In this document: positions 1 to 11,861 of the stretch, in pieces | How positions within the stretch are numbered: the stretch's first letter is position 1 | Layout: every line of letters begins with the position of its first letter | From: Curvularia clavata | Taxonomy: Eukaryota | Assembly (NCBI GenBank): GCA_023920165.1 | Contig: CP089276.1 | Span: forward strand, 4,340,001-4,404,000 | DNA length: 64,000 bases | Direction of reading: 5' to 3' | Notes under the pieces: generated by a model | Told to the model about the DNA's origin: nothing | What the model saw: the letters and a program-made list of their open reading frames with translations, nothing else | Database searches by the model: none | Program-made: the position numbers and the translations under genes

Positions 1-3000
1 TCAAAGTCACCCCCCCAATCTGCATCCGTAGATCCAATCAGTTTAATCAGATCTAAGTTATTTGGTGCAGATTGACTGCTTTTGATGCTGTTTTGGTTAT
101 CAGTACTGAGCTGATAGAGTAGTCCTAGCTGTCTTGACTGAGCTAGATATCCCCATAGGTAGTCTAGACTGCTGAAATGCTCGGTGCTCGGATTGGCCAT
201 GAATCTGGATAGAAGATTGACTGCGTAGGTAATATCCGGCCGAGTAAAAATGGATAGATAGATGAGAGAGCCAATTTGCTGCTGGTACATATTGGTGGCG
301 TTTGGAGTAGCCGTTTGGCTGTTTCTGTTGAGCTTGATATTCTGTTGCAGTGGAGTCTGTCTTGGCTTAATATCTTGCTTATTGAATCTAGCAAGTAGCC
401 TTTGTAGATAGTTTTCTTGGGTAATATAGATCGCTCGTCTAGATCTAATTACTTGGACTCCAAGAAACTCTGAGACGTCGCCTAGATCTTTGATCTCAAG
501 CTTTGAGATAGCTGTTAGGTCTTTGAATAGCTTTTGAATACTTTGCTCTTGTTCTCCAAAAATAAGCAAGTCGTCTACGTGAGTAGCTATAACAAGCTTC
601 TGCTCGACATTGATATAAGTGGCAGTGTCAATAGACAGAGATTTGAAGCCTAGTTGTCCGAGTAGGCTTGCTAGTAGTTTCTGCCACTGTCTACTGGCTT
701 GTTTTAGCCCGTATAGAGCCTTGTTAAGCAAGCAGACGTGCTGTGGATAGTGCTGATCTTGAAATCCTTCTGGCTGCTCGACGTATATAGTCGTGTCGAT
801 TAAAGCATTTGGGAAAGCTTGCTTGACATCCCAGCTTTTTATATGCCAGTTTTGAGCTGCTGAAATGGCTAGTAGTAGCCGGATTAGATCAGGCCGAGTA
901 GTATTGGCAAATGTCTCGTAGTAGTTGACTCCAAGCTCTTGTTGAAAGCCTTTCGCTACCCAACGTGCTTTGAATATAAAATCGCCATTTTGCTGGTATT
1001 TTTTGTTAAGTACCCAGCGGCCTTTGAGAACTGGATATTCGGACGGTCTTGGTACAAGCTTCCAAGTGTCGTTCTTTTGCAGCTGGTCTAGCTCGTTTTG
1101 CATAGCTAATAGATAGTGTTGACTGTCTTGGTGCTGTAGCACTTGAGCGTAGCTTTTTGGATCAGTGATATCCTTTGAAGTAAATAAGACTTCTTCTAGG
1201 ATAATGTCCTCTGCTGCTATTTCTGGTGGAGCTTTTTGATTAGTGGATAGAGCTAATTCTGCTGGCTTGGCTTTCTTTTTGATCAAAACAATCGGATTTC
1301 TTCCAACTACTCTCATGGAGTTGGCTGGTGGATTTGACTGGCTAGTATTTGGCTCAGTATTTGGCTCAGTATTTGGCTCAGTATTTGGCTCAGTATTTGG
1401 CTCAGCATTTGGCTCAGTATTTGGCTCTTCGTCAAGCTGCAGTTCTTCATCAGGAGCTTGATCATTGAACACTCCTTCTAGTATTTGGACGTCTCTTGTA
1501 GTAGTAACCTTGTTAGTTCTAATATCGATTAGACGATATAGATTTTTACTAATATATCCAACAAGGTAGTACTGCTGGACACGAGAATCTAGTTTGCTAA
1601 GAAACTCTTTTGGCTCTTTCTTGTATGCTAGAGATCCCCAGATTCTAACATTGCTGACGTCTGGTTTATATCCATATTTGGCTTCAAATGGCGTCTTAAA
1701 GCCAATAGAGCTGTGCGGTGTTCTATTGTATAGATACACTGCCGCTAGTAGAGCTTCTGCCCATAGCTTATTGGGCATTTTGGCTTCAAATAGCAGAGCT
1801 CTAATCTTGTCAAATAGCGTTCGGTTGATCCGCTCGGCTCCGCCTTTGCCTTCTGGATTGAATGGAGGAGTAAATCGGAGTTTAAATCCCTTTCTAGTAG
1901 CTAGCTTTTGCAGCTCTAGCGTGTCCAACTCATTGTCTGATTGGATAGCTTTGATCTGCTTTGAGTCTTGGACTTCTGCTTTCTTAATAAAAGCTTTGAC
2001 TGGCTTGACTAGCTCTGATCTAGACGTGAGTAAGTCCACTTCTAGATATTTGGTGTAGTAGTCTAGAAAGGTAATATAATACCGATAGCCCTTATTCGTC
2101 TTTGGCTTAATTGGCCCCCCTAGGTCGCAGTAGATCAAATCACCAAACTGGTGGACTGGTGTAGATATTGGATCTCTGCTTATTTTGCTAGCAAATTTGC
2201 TTCTCAAGCAAATCTCGCAGTTGCTAAATCCACTGCTGGTTTTGGTATTTGATTTGACGCCTTTGGTATTCTCACTTAGCTTATTTAAGCTAGTTTTACC
2301 AATATGGCCAAAACGTCGGTGTAGAAGAGACGTTTGATCGTCTGGCTTAGACTGATCTGTTTGATTCGGTTGGACGGATTTGGCTGTCAGCTCTGTATTG
2401 TATGTCTCTGTATAGACTTGGCTAGTTTGGATATTGCTAACTGCAGTAAAAGTAGCAATATTTCTAGCGTATTGCCCCTTCGCTAGTATTTTGCTAGATA
2501 GCCTAATTAGGCTGCTAGTCTTTGAAAACTCGAATTCAGCTCCTTTTTGAACTGCTTGGTAGAGACTGAGTAGATTGACTTTGAAGTCCGGCACTAGTAA
2601 GACTTCTTTGAGTACTACTGTCTCGCCCGTACTCGTAAATTTAATTGGCACTTCGCCTTTGGCTGTTGCTTGTAGCAACGCAGTAGAGTTGCCCCATTTA
2701 ATATACGTATTACTAACGCTGGTAAGGCTTCTAAAAAGCTGTCGGTCAGAGCAAATATGGGAGCTGGCGGCGCTGTCTAATATCCACTCAATCGACTTGG
2801 AAGACTCAGTGGATAGAGCAGCTTTGATATCGGCGATATTTGGATCGACTGAGACTACTGTAGATAGAGCTGTCTCAGGCTTATAATATGTCCGACTGGG
2901 GCGTTTGCTGGGGTCTTTCTGCCAGCATTGGTCGACTAAATGTCCATTTCTCTTGCAGTGAGAGCAGTATTTTGGACTTTTGGTGGATTTTTGAGTAGCC

Positions 3001-3713
3001 AAAGTCATTTCGACGTCTTTTGACTGTGGAGCTTGGTTGGAGCTGCTAATTGGGCTCCTTTGGTATGGTCTGTAGCTCTTTTGGTAAGAGCTATTTGAGT
3101 TACTGCCGCTGCTGCTTCTAATCGATTTCTGGCGTCTTGATTCGTCCATAATTTGGTTGTATAAGTTCTCAAGATCAATCTCTTTGTTAGATCTAAAATC
3201 TTGAGTAATAGCTGTAACCAAATAGTCAAAGTCTGAGCTTAGATTATTGAGAATCAAAGCAGCAATGAATCGGTGCGGTAGTGCCAGATTTCGGCTCTCT
3301 AGACTAAGGACTAGTCTGTTGATTTTTTGGAGATATATTTCGACGTTGTTTTGGCACTGCTGCACGGTCGTATTGATAAGATCTTTGCAAATTAAGAAGT
3401 CAGAGCTAAAGCCTTTTGGGCTATATAGCTTCTTTAGGTGATTCCATAGACTATATGGAGTTTTCATGTCTTTTGACTGTAGTAGAGGCCCATCGTCTAG
3501 ACTGAGTCGTAGAGTAGACAGAGCTTTGATTTCTGAGCTTTTTAGCTTCTGATATCTCTCAGAGCCTTTACTTTGTTCAAGCTCTTGTGGGTCGACTGTT
3601 ATAATCTCGTAGCAGTCTTGCTGTATAAGCACTGCTTCGATCCGTAGTGCCCACATGTCATAGTTAGAGCTGCCTTTGAGCTTTGGCACTCTAAATATGC
3701 TACTGTCAGCCAT
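1..3713 (-). CDS. Copia Gag-Pol polyprotein (>1237 aa, 3' end outside window)
   Basis: ATG at 3713 (MADSSIFRVPKLKGSSNYDMWALRIEAVL). Motifs: zinc knuckle CSHCKRNGHLVDQC, protease WILDSAASSH, integrase HRRFGH..CEIC / DLGGP / SDNE / AERINRTL, RT KARWVAKGF / LYGLKQ / HVDDLL, and RNase H start TDADWGGD at the window edge. Start and edge are in the same frame, and the ORF track lists no closed ORF in this frame. Confidence 0.93.
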   Translation of the reverse strand, partial: MADSSIFRVPKLKGSSNYDMWALRIEAVLIQQDCYEIITVDPQELEQSKGSERYQKLKSSEIKALSTLRLSLDDGPLLQSKDMKTPYSLWNHLKKLYSPKGFSSDFLICKDLINTTVQQCQNNVEIYLQKINRLVLSLESRNLALPHRFIAALILNNLSSDFDYLVTAITQDFRSNKEIDLENLYNQIMDESRRQKSIRSSSGSNSNSSYQKSYRPYQRSPISSSNQAPQSKDVEMTLATQKSTKSPKYCSHCKRNGHLVDQCWQKDPSKRPSRTYYKPETALSTVVSVDPNIADIKAALSTESSKSIEWILDSAASSHICSDRQLFRSLTSVSNTYIKWGNSTALLQATAKGEVPIKFTSTGETVVLKEVLLVPDFKVNLLSLYQAVQKGAEFEFSKTSSLIRLSSKILAKGQYARNIATFTAVSNIQTSQVYTETYNTELTAKSVQPNQTDQSKPDDQTSLLHRRFGHIGKTSLNKLSENTKGVKSNTKTSSGFSNCEICLRSKFASKISRDPISTPVHQFGDLIYCDLGGPIKPKTNKGYRYYITFLDYYTKYLEVDLLTSRSELVKPVKAFIKKAEVQDSKQIKAIQSDNELDTLELQKLATRKGFKLRFTPPFNPEGKGGAERINRTLFDKIRALLFEAKMPNKLWAEALLAAVYLYNRTPHSSIGFKTPFEAKYGYKPDVSNVRIWGSLAYKKEPKEFLSKLDSRVQQYYLVGYISKNLYRLIDIRTNKVTTTRDVQILEGVFNDQAPDEELQLDEEPNTEPNAEPNTEPNTEPNTEPNTEPNTSQSNPPANSMRVVGRNPIVLIKKKAKPAELALSTNQKAPPEIAAEDIILEEVLFTSKDITDPKSYAQVLQHQDSQHYLLAMQNELDQLQKNDTWKLVPRPSEYPVLKGRWVLNKKYQQNGDFIFKARWVAKGFQQELGVNYYETFANTTRPDLIRLLLAISAAQNWHIKSWDVKQAFPNALIDTTIYVEQPEGFQDQHYPQHVCLLNKALYGLKQASRQWQKLLASLLGQLGFKSLSIDTATYINVEQKLVIATHVDDLLIFGEQEQSIQKLFKDLTAISKLEIKDLGDVSEFLGVQVIRSRRAIYITQENYLQRLLARFNKQDIKPRQTPLQQNIKLNRNSQTATPNATNMYQQQIGSLIYLSIFTRPDITYAVNLLSRFMANPSTEHFSSLDYLWGYLAQSRQLGLLYQLSTDNQNSIKSSQSAPNNLDLIKLIGSTDADWGGDF
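1345..1427 (-). repeat. 12-bp tandem repeat x7 (GTATTTGGCTCA) encoding (EPNT)n in the INT-RT linker
   Basis: Seven units read directly; one is an EPNA variant. Confidence 0.95.
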
Positions 3714-4080
3714 TTTGTGCTGCTAGTCTGTCTAGAAATATAGACTAGATAGCTGTTTGTAGTCTAGCGCAGTAAATAAGCAGTTACTGTTCTTACTATG
3801 AAGAACTCTGGCTGCTAGTCGATCGAGTTGATCTGTCTGCAACTAGCTACAAGAAGCTTCGGCTAACCCCTAACCAGAGTATTTAGCTGCGTTTGCGGCT
3901 CAGAGACTCCTAAACTGATAGGGTTTTTGCTTCAGTAGAGTTTCTCAGCTTTTTAGCCGTGGTTTACTCTTAACCCTTAGTAACCCTAGCTTTTACTAAG
4001 AGACTAGCTATATTTATACTAGCTCTTACTTTAGTCTTATGCTAAGACTTGCTAGAATCTTCGATCGATAGACACGTAAT

Positions 4081-4094
4081 CCGGGCTCATAACC
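4081..4094 (-). promoter_or_regulatory. Primer-binding site GGTTATGAGCCCGG directly after the LTR
   Basis: Abuts the LTR-terminal CA. Resembles the copia/Ty5-type PBS complementary to the anticodon region of initiator tRNA-Met. Confidence 0.8.
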
Positions 4095-4443
4095 TGTAAA
4101 AGTGTGGGGTAGCTACTTATTCTACTAGTAGTAGACTCAGAGGTAGCTTGATTAAAGACTCAAGTAAGTAGTATATGCTAGGGGAGAGAGTTGATGGACA
4201 CGATTGACTTTGTATAAACTGCTCTGGTTTCTATCTACTAGCTATTCTACTACTATATATATTGGCTGGAGTAGATTCTAGAAGAATCTATCTAGTAGTA
4301 GCTTGCGTAATCTTTGGCGTCATAGACAGATGTCTATAGATCGATTATAGTCTTGACAGATCGACTATAGACTAAGTTGATTCTGGGTATAGGAGTACGC
4401 ACCCAGATACTGTAGATTAGCTGACTAGCTTAGATCTACAACA
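4095..4443 (-). repeat. 5' LTR of the copia element
   Basis: TG...CA ends (plus strand TGTAAAA...TCTACA(ACA)). Bounded by the PBS on one side and gypsy integrase codons on the other. The outer end is 4440 or 4443. Confidence 0.8.
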
Positions 4444-7400
4444 GTTATATCTAATTATCTTGCTAATAATTGACGTATATTTGTAGGTATATTTTTATTA
4501 TACGGTTTATCCTTTCCATTTATCTATTAGTTTTAGGGTAGTATATTATAGATAGCTTTTACTTAGTACCTATTTCTACTTAGAGTGTGGTCTAGAAGTT
4601 AGATATAAAAAGCTTATCTCTATTACTAATAATTAATTTTAGTATTCTATATTATCTAATAATAACGTTTAGAAAGATATACGCTAGTTTAACTACGTTA
4701 TAGTCTTTCCTAAATTTCCTAAATTCTGCGTATTTTGTAAATCTATTAATAATAACTAGTATCGCGTTATAGATTACACTAGTAACAGGGTCTATTAATA
4801 GTGGTAACCCTGTGACGAAGTCTATGGAGATATATATCCAAAGGGTACTTAGCAGTTCTAGTGCTTGCATTTCTCTATATAGTGCGTGTGTGCTGTGCTT
4901 ATTCTTCTAATAGTGTTCGCATTTAGCAATAAAGGCTGCGACCTTTTCTTTTATTTTGCTAAATTCAAAATTCTTTTAAATTAATTCTATTATTCTAGCG
5001 ATCCTGGGATGTCTGTGTATAGAATTGTCGTGATATTACTAAATAATTACTTCCTACTAATCTTTAGATATATTATTTCTAATTATTATAAGTAGGTTAA
5101 GCTTGTATACTAGACTTAATATTCCGTCTTTATTTATCTAGAATATTAGTTAGTCTATAATAGTTTTTATTCCTGCGATATCTAGTTTTCTGCTAAAAGC
5201 GTCTACTCTACTGTTATCTTTTCCTAGTATATATATAATCTTGAACTTGTATTGTCTGAACAGCTTAGCCTATTAGGTCTGTCGGTAGTTAAGAACTTTG
5301 GTGGTGGTGAAGTAGGTTAAGTTCTTATAATCCGTATATATAGTAAGTTCTAAGCAGCTATATATATAGACTCTCCAGTGTTATATATAGGCTACTATAG
5401 CTAGTAGTTTTTTATTATATATATTATATCGTTCTTCTGGTCCTAAAAGCTTCCTTAAGTAGTATACTATTAGATACTATTTACTATTAATATAGATGCT
5501 GGCGCATCCTTCTAAAACTAGATCTAATATATTAGTTTTAAATTTTAGTAGTACTCCTAGAATAAATATTCTAAAGTATAGTAGTATAGTATATACTTTC
5601 TTAATTATCTTAAAGGCGTTATCTGCCTTTTTATCTCAATTTTATAGAGTATTTTTTTTTGTAAGCTGTATTATTAGTGTTATAATCTTCGAGTAATCTT
5701 TAATAAATTCTTAGTTAAAGTTTATAAATTCTAAGAATAACTAAATATTTCTAATTAACTTTAGTATTAGCTAATTCTTAATAATCTTAATTTTTTCTTC
5801 GCTCATTTATACTCGATTAGTCCCTACTACGTAGCCTAAGAAGTTGACCTTAGTCTTATAAAATTCACACTTCTTTAGCTTAAGTCGAAGACTATACTCG
5901 TCTAGGGCTTTTAGCACTTTTCTAATATGCTTAGTATATTATTTTTTATCTTTAGAGTAGATTAGAATATTATCTAGATAGGCGATAATAAATATATCTA
6001 GATAGGGTCTAAGTACGTTATTAATAAATTTTTAAAATGTAGCTAGGGCGTTTATTAGTCTAAACAGTATAACTATATATTTATAGTGTCTATATTGTGT
6101 TTAGAAAGCTATTTTCTATTCTTCATCTTTTTTAATTCTAATAAGGTGGTATCCGTCTCGTAGATCTAATACTATAAAAATCCCTATTTAAGATAGTCGA
6201 TTCCTAAGTTCTCTAATATTTGGTAGTAGATATTAATTCTTAACTATAATATTGTTGAGTTGTCTATAGTTAATGTATAGTTGATCTATTCCATCCTTCT
6301 TTAGTATAAATATAATAGGGTATCCCACTAGAGATTTTAATAGTTATATATAGCCTTTTACTAGTAACTTGTCTATATACTTTTATAGTACTATAAGTTC
6401 TTATTCTAATAGTTGGTAAATTAGGCTAAAAGTCGGTTGCTTTCCTTCTTATAAGACTATTTTATAGTTCTAGAGTTAATATTTTAGTAATACTTATTTG
6501 TCTACTACTTCCTAAAATAGATGCTCAAATTCTCTATATTATTCAGGGATTTCTAGAATTACACTCTTCTCCTTTCCTCTAGCTTTATGGTCTGTTGGCC
6601 TAGTTTCAGTATCTACTAAGTTTGGCTTCCTGCTCTAAGAACTACCTTTCAAGTACGCTCGTTTCTCTACGTTATTATACTATTTAGTAATATTACTTTT
6701 ATCTACTATCGAACTCTACTAATATATAGGCTAGCTTATAGTTGCGCCTAGTCCGCAGCACTTAAATTTAAATACTTTCGACTTCTAGTCAATCTATGGG
6801 TTATATTCTCGTAGCTATAGGAGTCCTAAAATAATATTATAGATAGCTAGTCCAAGGACGTCTAGGTCTATTTTCTCTTTATACTCTTAGATACTAAGTG
6901 TCACTTATCTAACCTCGTCTATAATTCTGTTTTCTTTAGATATTAGTTTGCCGCTAGCGACGTATAGTGGGTATGGCTCTCATTTCCACTATACTTTAAG
7001 TCCAGCTTATTATATAGCGTGCGCTAAAACGTAGTTTGTCTATAATCTTAAGTCTACTAATATCTACATCTATATTCCATTAAGCTTTACTATAAGCTTA
7101 ATTAATTTTAGAGAGTTTACTAAATTGATTTCCCTAGAGAGGCCCTATCTTTATAGTACTAGCCTAAAAAAGTCTATAACTTCTTTATAAATCTGTTATA
7201 GAGTTTTTCTACTTCGTGTTTCTCGTATTTATTTGAGAGACAAGTATGCTATGAGGGTTGGTTACATACTTATTGTACGTTGCCCTTACTTCAAATAATA
7301 TAGGTAGTTTGTATATCTACTACTTCTCTTAGGCTGTCTCTTCTGAGAAAGTGTATCGCGGTGCGTTTATTCTATAGATGTCTTGCGCATCCTATATTAG

Positions 7401-9546
7401 TATACTCTAACTATATCTAGCTGTATTTGGGGTATCCGGGAGTACTGGTTAGATTCTAGTCGGATCCTTGCTTAGCTTGCCAATGTGTTGGGCAAAAGTC
7501 GTGGACGTAACCCGTCCAGTAGATCCACGCATGCTTATAGTTATTTGCGTAGTACTAATAGGGGCTAAGTTAGTACTAATTATCGCGTATCCAGTCTGCT
7601 TGTGCCTTTTTGGCCTATTAAGGTGTCGTTGTGGAGTTCTTTTTCCGGGGTGTCTTCTTGTTTTCGGGGAACTCCGTGTTTCCTCGTAGTTGTTAGATGT
7701 TGGCCGTAATATGCGTGTAGTCTGGTAGTTTCTAATTGGTCATAATAGAAAAGAAATTGATATCTAATCTGAGATTCTATATATCTTTATATATATAAAG
7801 AAGTATATTAGACTTATTATAATTATACCCATAAAAAGGTTGACTCAAGAGTTGTCATAGTACGTTAGTCTGTAGTTCTACATATTTTAGGTCATCCCTT
7901 GCGTGTGGGATTTTGGGTGAGGCGCTATCATAGCGCGGAGTAGCTAGTTAGTATTTCTTCTTAAACTTAGCTATTTTCTTATATTTAGTTTTATGCGTAG
8001 GAGTTTCTTCTTTCTTGCTAGGTATTTTATACTCTTCGTCGCTATTTAGTTTAGCTTTAGTAGTGTTTTTGGATGTAGTAAGTATAACATTCTCTAGTCT
8101 ACTAATAAGTCCCTCATCGTCTAGGTGATATTGGATCTTGGCTGGGGTAATAACGTTCTATCTCTTGTCGTTATCTAATTCTGATTTCCTGCGTAGTACG
8201 TTAAGTTATTGTTTGACCTTATTGGTATTTTTACTTCGACAGTCTCGTGCCATATAGCCTTCCTTACTATAGGCGTAGCAGTTAAACTTCTTCTTACTTT
8301 TAAATAGTTTCTTATTAAACTTATAGTATCTATTATTTTTGTTAATATTATTAAGATGTATTAGTTCTATACTATATCTATAATAGGCTTCTAGGGTCCT
8401 GGGCGCGTAGTTTCGCTGTCGACCTTCGTTCGGGTAAGCACGTCGATAGCTATGCTTCTTAGGTTGTTTGTTCGTGTATCTCTAGCTGCGCGTTCCCTTA
8501 CTAAATAGTTATTCTTCTAATAAGAGTTCGTAGAGTTTATTGTCCAGTTGAATAGATTCTTTAATAAGTTCTTCTAGTATACTAATACTAGCTCTACTTT
8601 GTATGAGTTCCCTACGTATAGTAGATTTAAGACCTTACTTATATATGTGTATAAGGGTATTATTATCCTATTCTATAACTGTAGCGTACTGCTAAAATAG
8701 TATAGTATAGTTAGCAGTAGACTGCGTCTAGTAAAGTTTCTAGATTTTTTATTCCGCAATAACTGATTTTTTAAATAGTAAGAAGTTTTATCGTATCTTA
8801 GTTTTAAAGGCGTTCTAGTCCTCGACTAGGGCTATATTATTGGCGTTCTAGATAGAGTTATCTATATAGCGTTTAATAATAAGGTTAGCCTATTTCTTAG
8901 CATTACCGCGAAGGTATAAGATAGCTATAATAATCTTATTGGTGTTATTAATTTTATCTCTTTCAAGATAGAAGTATCAGTTGACCTAGAGGAGCTAAGC
9001 TTTAAGCTTCTTGCGTTTTCTATAGTATAAGTTAGACTTATATCTACGAGTAGTAGATCCTCTAGTCTAGGAAGCGTTAGAAGTATTTATAGTAATATTA
9101 CTTATTATAAAAGTATTTAAAGTATTAAAAGTATAATTTTAAGTAGAAGTAATATAAGACTTCTGGTGTTAAGACTTTCTTAGATTAGTTTTCGCGGATA
9201 AAGTAATAGTATGTTATAAATAAAGATTCTACAGTAACTATTATATTATAGGTACTGTACTCGTAACTTAAGTTGAATATATTAAGCCGTAAGGGCTTAA
9301 TGCCTATTCCTATATACTAAGGTGTTATATAGAGTGCTCTGTTGCTCTGTCGTGCTAAGCACTATAGATTAATAGATCAAATGCACGTTGCTCTATTGCT
9401 CTGTTCCGCCAAGTGTTACAGATTATAGAGCATATTACGTGACCTAGTGCGGCACGGCTGCAGGATTGCGGCGCAGTGCCCGTACGTGGGAATCCTCCAA
9501 ACTGCTTACTGGCTCGTGCGTGTCATGGTTTTCCAGGGTCGTAACA
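4444..9546 (-). mobile_element. RIP-degraded Ty3/gypsy LTR retrotransposon (5' part), interrupted by the copia insertion
   Basis: Minus strand order: gag, knuckle relic CYAYSKEGYMARDC (~8240-8282), protease (~7050), RT YLDNILIYS (YLDD mutated, ~5960-5980), RNase H, then integrase ISIDFVTGLP and YVNY*QDN*. Many TAA/TAG stops and strong TpA excess. Confidence 0.93.
9230..9546 (-). repeat. 5' LTR of the gypsy element
   Basis: Begins TGTTACGACCCTGGAAAACC on the minus strand. Homologous to 20045-20306. The inner boundary is approximate. Confidence 0.75.
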
Positions 9547-10750
9547 CTTAGATAGAAATAATACTCTATTTTATCCAGTTAAGACTACGCTAGTTAGACA
9601 ATAATATGGATACGGACGCGGAGGTAGATATAGACGGCGATAGCGACGACAATAGTGACGTAGATGGGGACGGCGATATAGAGATAGAGGATGTTAAGAT
9701 AGTAGACGTAAGGGAGAGGTTGGATAATATGCTAATATAGCGTTGCGGAGGCTGGGTCTAAATTATATTTATTAAATTTGATTTAAATATAAAAAATGAA
9801 ACCTAAAGTGTTTCTTAAAATGTTTCGCAAAAGGCCGAAGCTGGAAAGTATAAGTATAATATACGAGTTACTTGCAGACTCTATTTATAACACACTATTA
9901 CTTTATCCGCGAAAACTAACCCTAAGAGCTCTAGCACTGAAGTCTTATATTACTTCCGCCCAAGACCTTACTCTTAACAATATTCTTAGCCATTTTATTG
10001 TCCGAGTTATAGTTGTTCTAAAACTACTACTTTTTCTAGTACTTTTTTTTTATGAACCCCCACTGGAGTATGTAAGGTCTAGAGCCTAAAAGTCCTTATA
10101 TTTAGATTTCTACTTAGATAGAATCTTTTATCTTAACTTTTTAATATTCAGTAAGCTAAGAAATAGTCTACCACTCATTCAAATGATATATATTTTAGGC
10201 TAATCGCCGCAGGCGAGCCAATCATAGGAAATAAAAAAAGAAATAAATAACTAAATAAATATAACGTATATTTTAGACTAATCGCTATAGGCGAGCTACT
10301 TATAAGGATAAAAATATGAATCAATAAAAGTAAATATATGGTAAAAAAATCTAATATTATAAATATAGCGAGATATCTATCTATTTGCTACGCTAGATAG
10401 TTATATAATATATTATTATATAATATCTTAGTTAGCTACTTGAATTAGACTAGACTAACTAAGCTCTATAAATATTTTAACCTCATAGTCTATATAGTCA
10501 AGTCAATAGTCTTAATTTTATCAAATATAACCACTATTCTATAGTGCATCCCTCATATCTAATTATTAATATAATACATTATAAAAGCTTATCAACTTCA
10601 ATAAAAGTCTGTAACAATTTCTTAAGGTCGACGCATTGTAATAGCACGAGCGATTCTCTTAGATGAGCAATCAGCTTGTAAACCACTTCATATAATATAT
10701 CATCTAGTAAAGACAATTAATTGATTCAATCATTGTGTATTCGTGTCTGT
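9547..10750. mobile_element. AT-rich RIP-mutated repeat debris, family unresolved
   Basis: Very low GC and TpA-rich. Includes an acidic ORF relic at ~9606-9760, a duplicated 78-bp hairpin unit at 10189-10315, and GACT/AGTC-rich repeats at ~10445-10511. Confidence 0.6.
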
Positions 10751-11492
10751 ACACTATATGAGTTTTAATCGATGTAGGGACCTAGACAGATTTACGAAAC
10801 ATTCAAGTTTACTATTATAGTTCGCACTTAGGAACGTATCGTTTAGAGAGGTTCTTTCAACAACGCGACTAGGCTGGGATTGCCACAGGATACACCTCGT
10901 TTCAGTTGCAGGATATGGAAGCGATCTAAAAACTTTCAGAGCTTGTCCACAGAGATTGGACAGACGTTCGGATCCTTGGGCGGAATCGTGATTGGCTTCT
11001 TCACAAGCTTCGGTACTGCCGTTATGACACATGGCACGTGCTCTGTGTTATACGAGACACGTTTGAGCTTGTGGGTCAATCGAGGAGATCATGGTGATGG
11101 TGGATGTAGCCTTGCATTCACTATGCAAATGCTGTGACTATATAAATAGTGGCATCTCCTTCACAAGCTTCCCTGTAACATGGGATATTCTTGGAAGGCT
11201 TGCAGCCTGTCGAGACGATTGTGAACAAAATGAGATACTACAAACACGGTCGGATGCACTTGCCGGATCTGCCTGCGTAAAGTAAGGACGTCCTCAAGGA
11301 CCACAATAAGGCCACCACTCATAACTCTCAACGATAGTCTCTCCTCAACGGTCGTCGACCGTGCCGCCTTTCCGTCGTATGATGGGCATCCTGCGACAAA
11401 TCTAATCAAATCTCGTGGTCGGCCGAATGTCGGAGGTGGCATCGACAAGCCACAAGCTTGGCAAGAAGCGCCTGATCTTGAAAACTCTGATC

Positions 11493-11501
11493 TTATCTGA
11501 T
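11493..11501. promoter_or_regulatory. SreA-type GATA iron-repressor site (TTATCTGAT = ATCWGATAA reverse complement); a second near-match lies at 11723-11731
   Basis: Exact match to the SreA consensus, upstream of a siderophore transporter. Confidence 0.6.
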
Positions 11502-11861
11502 CGCGCTAGCCCATCCTTTGGTCCACTAACACTCCACTCTCACTGCGACTTGCCGTTTGCGATTGGCAATTTTACCTCTGACAGGCATACACTTACTATT
11601 GCCAAGTCGGCTGGAGCAAAGAAGGCGCCTATTCGAATGCGAAAAATGGGGTAACACACCACCTTGAGGCCTGAACGGATGTACCAGGATGTCGGAAGTG
11701 CCCCATCCACGTGAAATGTGGATTATCAGAGAAAATAGGAAGTGATCGGACGGTAAGAAATGGTGGTTTAAAAGCGCTGCAAGTATAGCTTTGAATAGTC
11801 AAGGTTGGCTACTTTGATCGGCTCTGGTTTCCTCGCAAAGTTCCGGCACCCCAACATCACC

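Larger units (their letters stand above)
1..4443 (-). mobile_element. Ty1/copia LTR retrotransposon, apparently intact, truncated by the left window edge
   Basis: Contains a 5' LTR (4095-4440/4443), a PBS, and a gag-PR-INT-RT-RH ORF in copia domain order. It is inserted into gypsy integrase sequence. Confidence 0.95.

Noticed and set aside
1345..1427. Tandem repeat as a CRISPR array
   Set aside because: No spacers, eukaryotic context, and it lies inside a coding frame.
1243..3441. Plus-strand ORFs over the copia element
   Set aside because: They are antisense shadows of the Gag-Pol frame.
3864..3990. TAACCC telomere-like words in the copia leader
   Set aside because: Only a few imperfect scattered copies; not an array.
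10754..11448. Short minus-strand ORFs upstream of the siderophore transporter
   Set aside because: Possibly a gene relic, but no motif I can identify.
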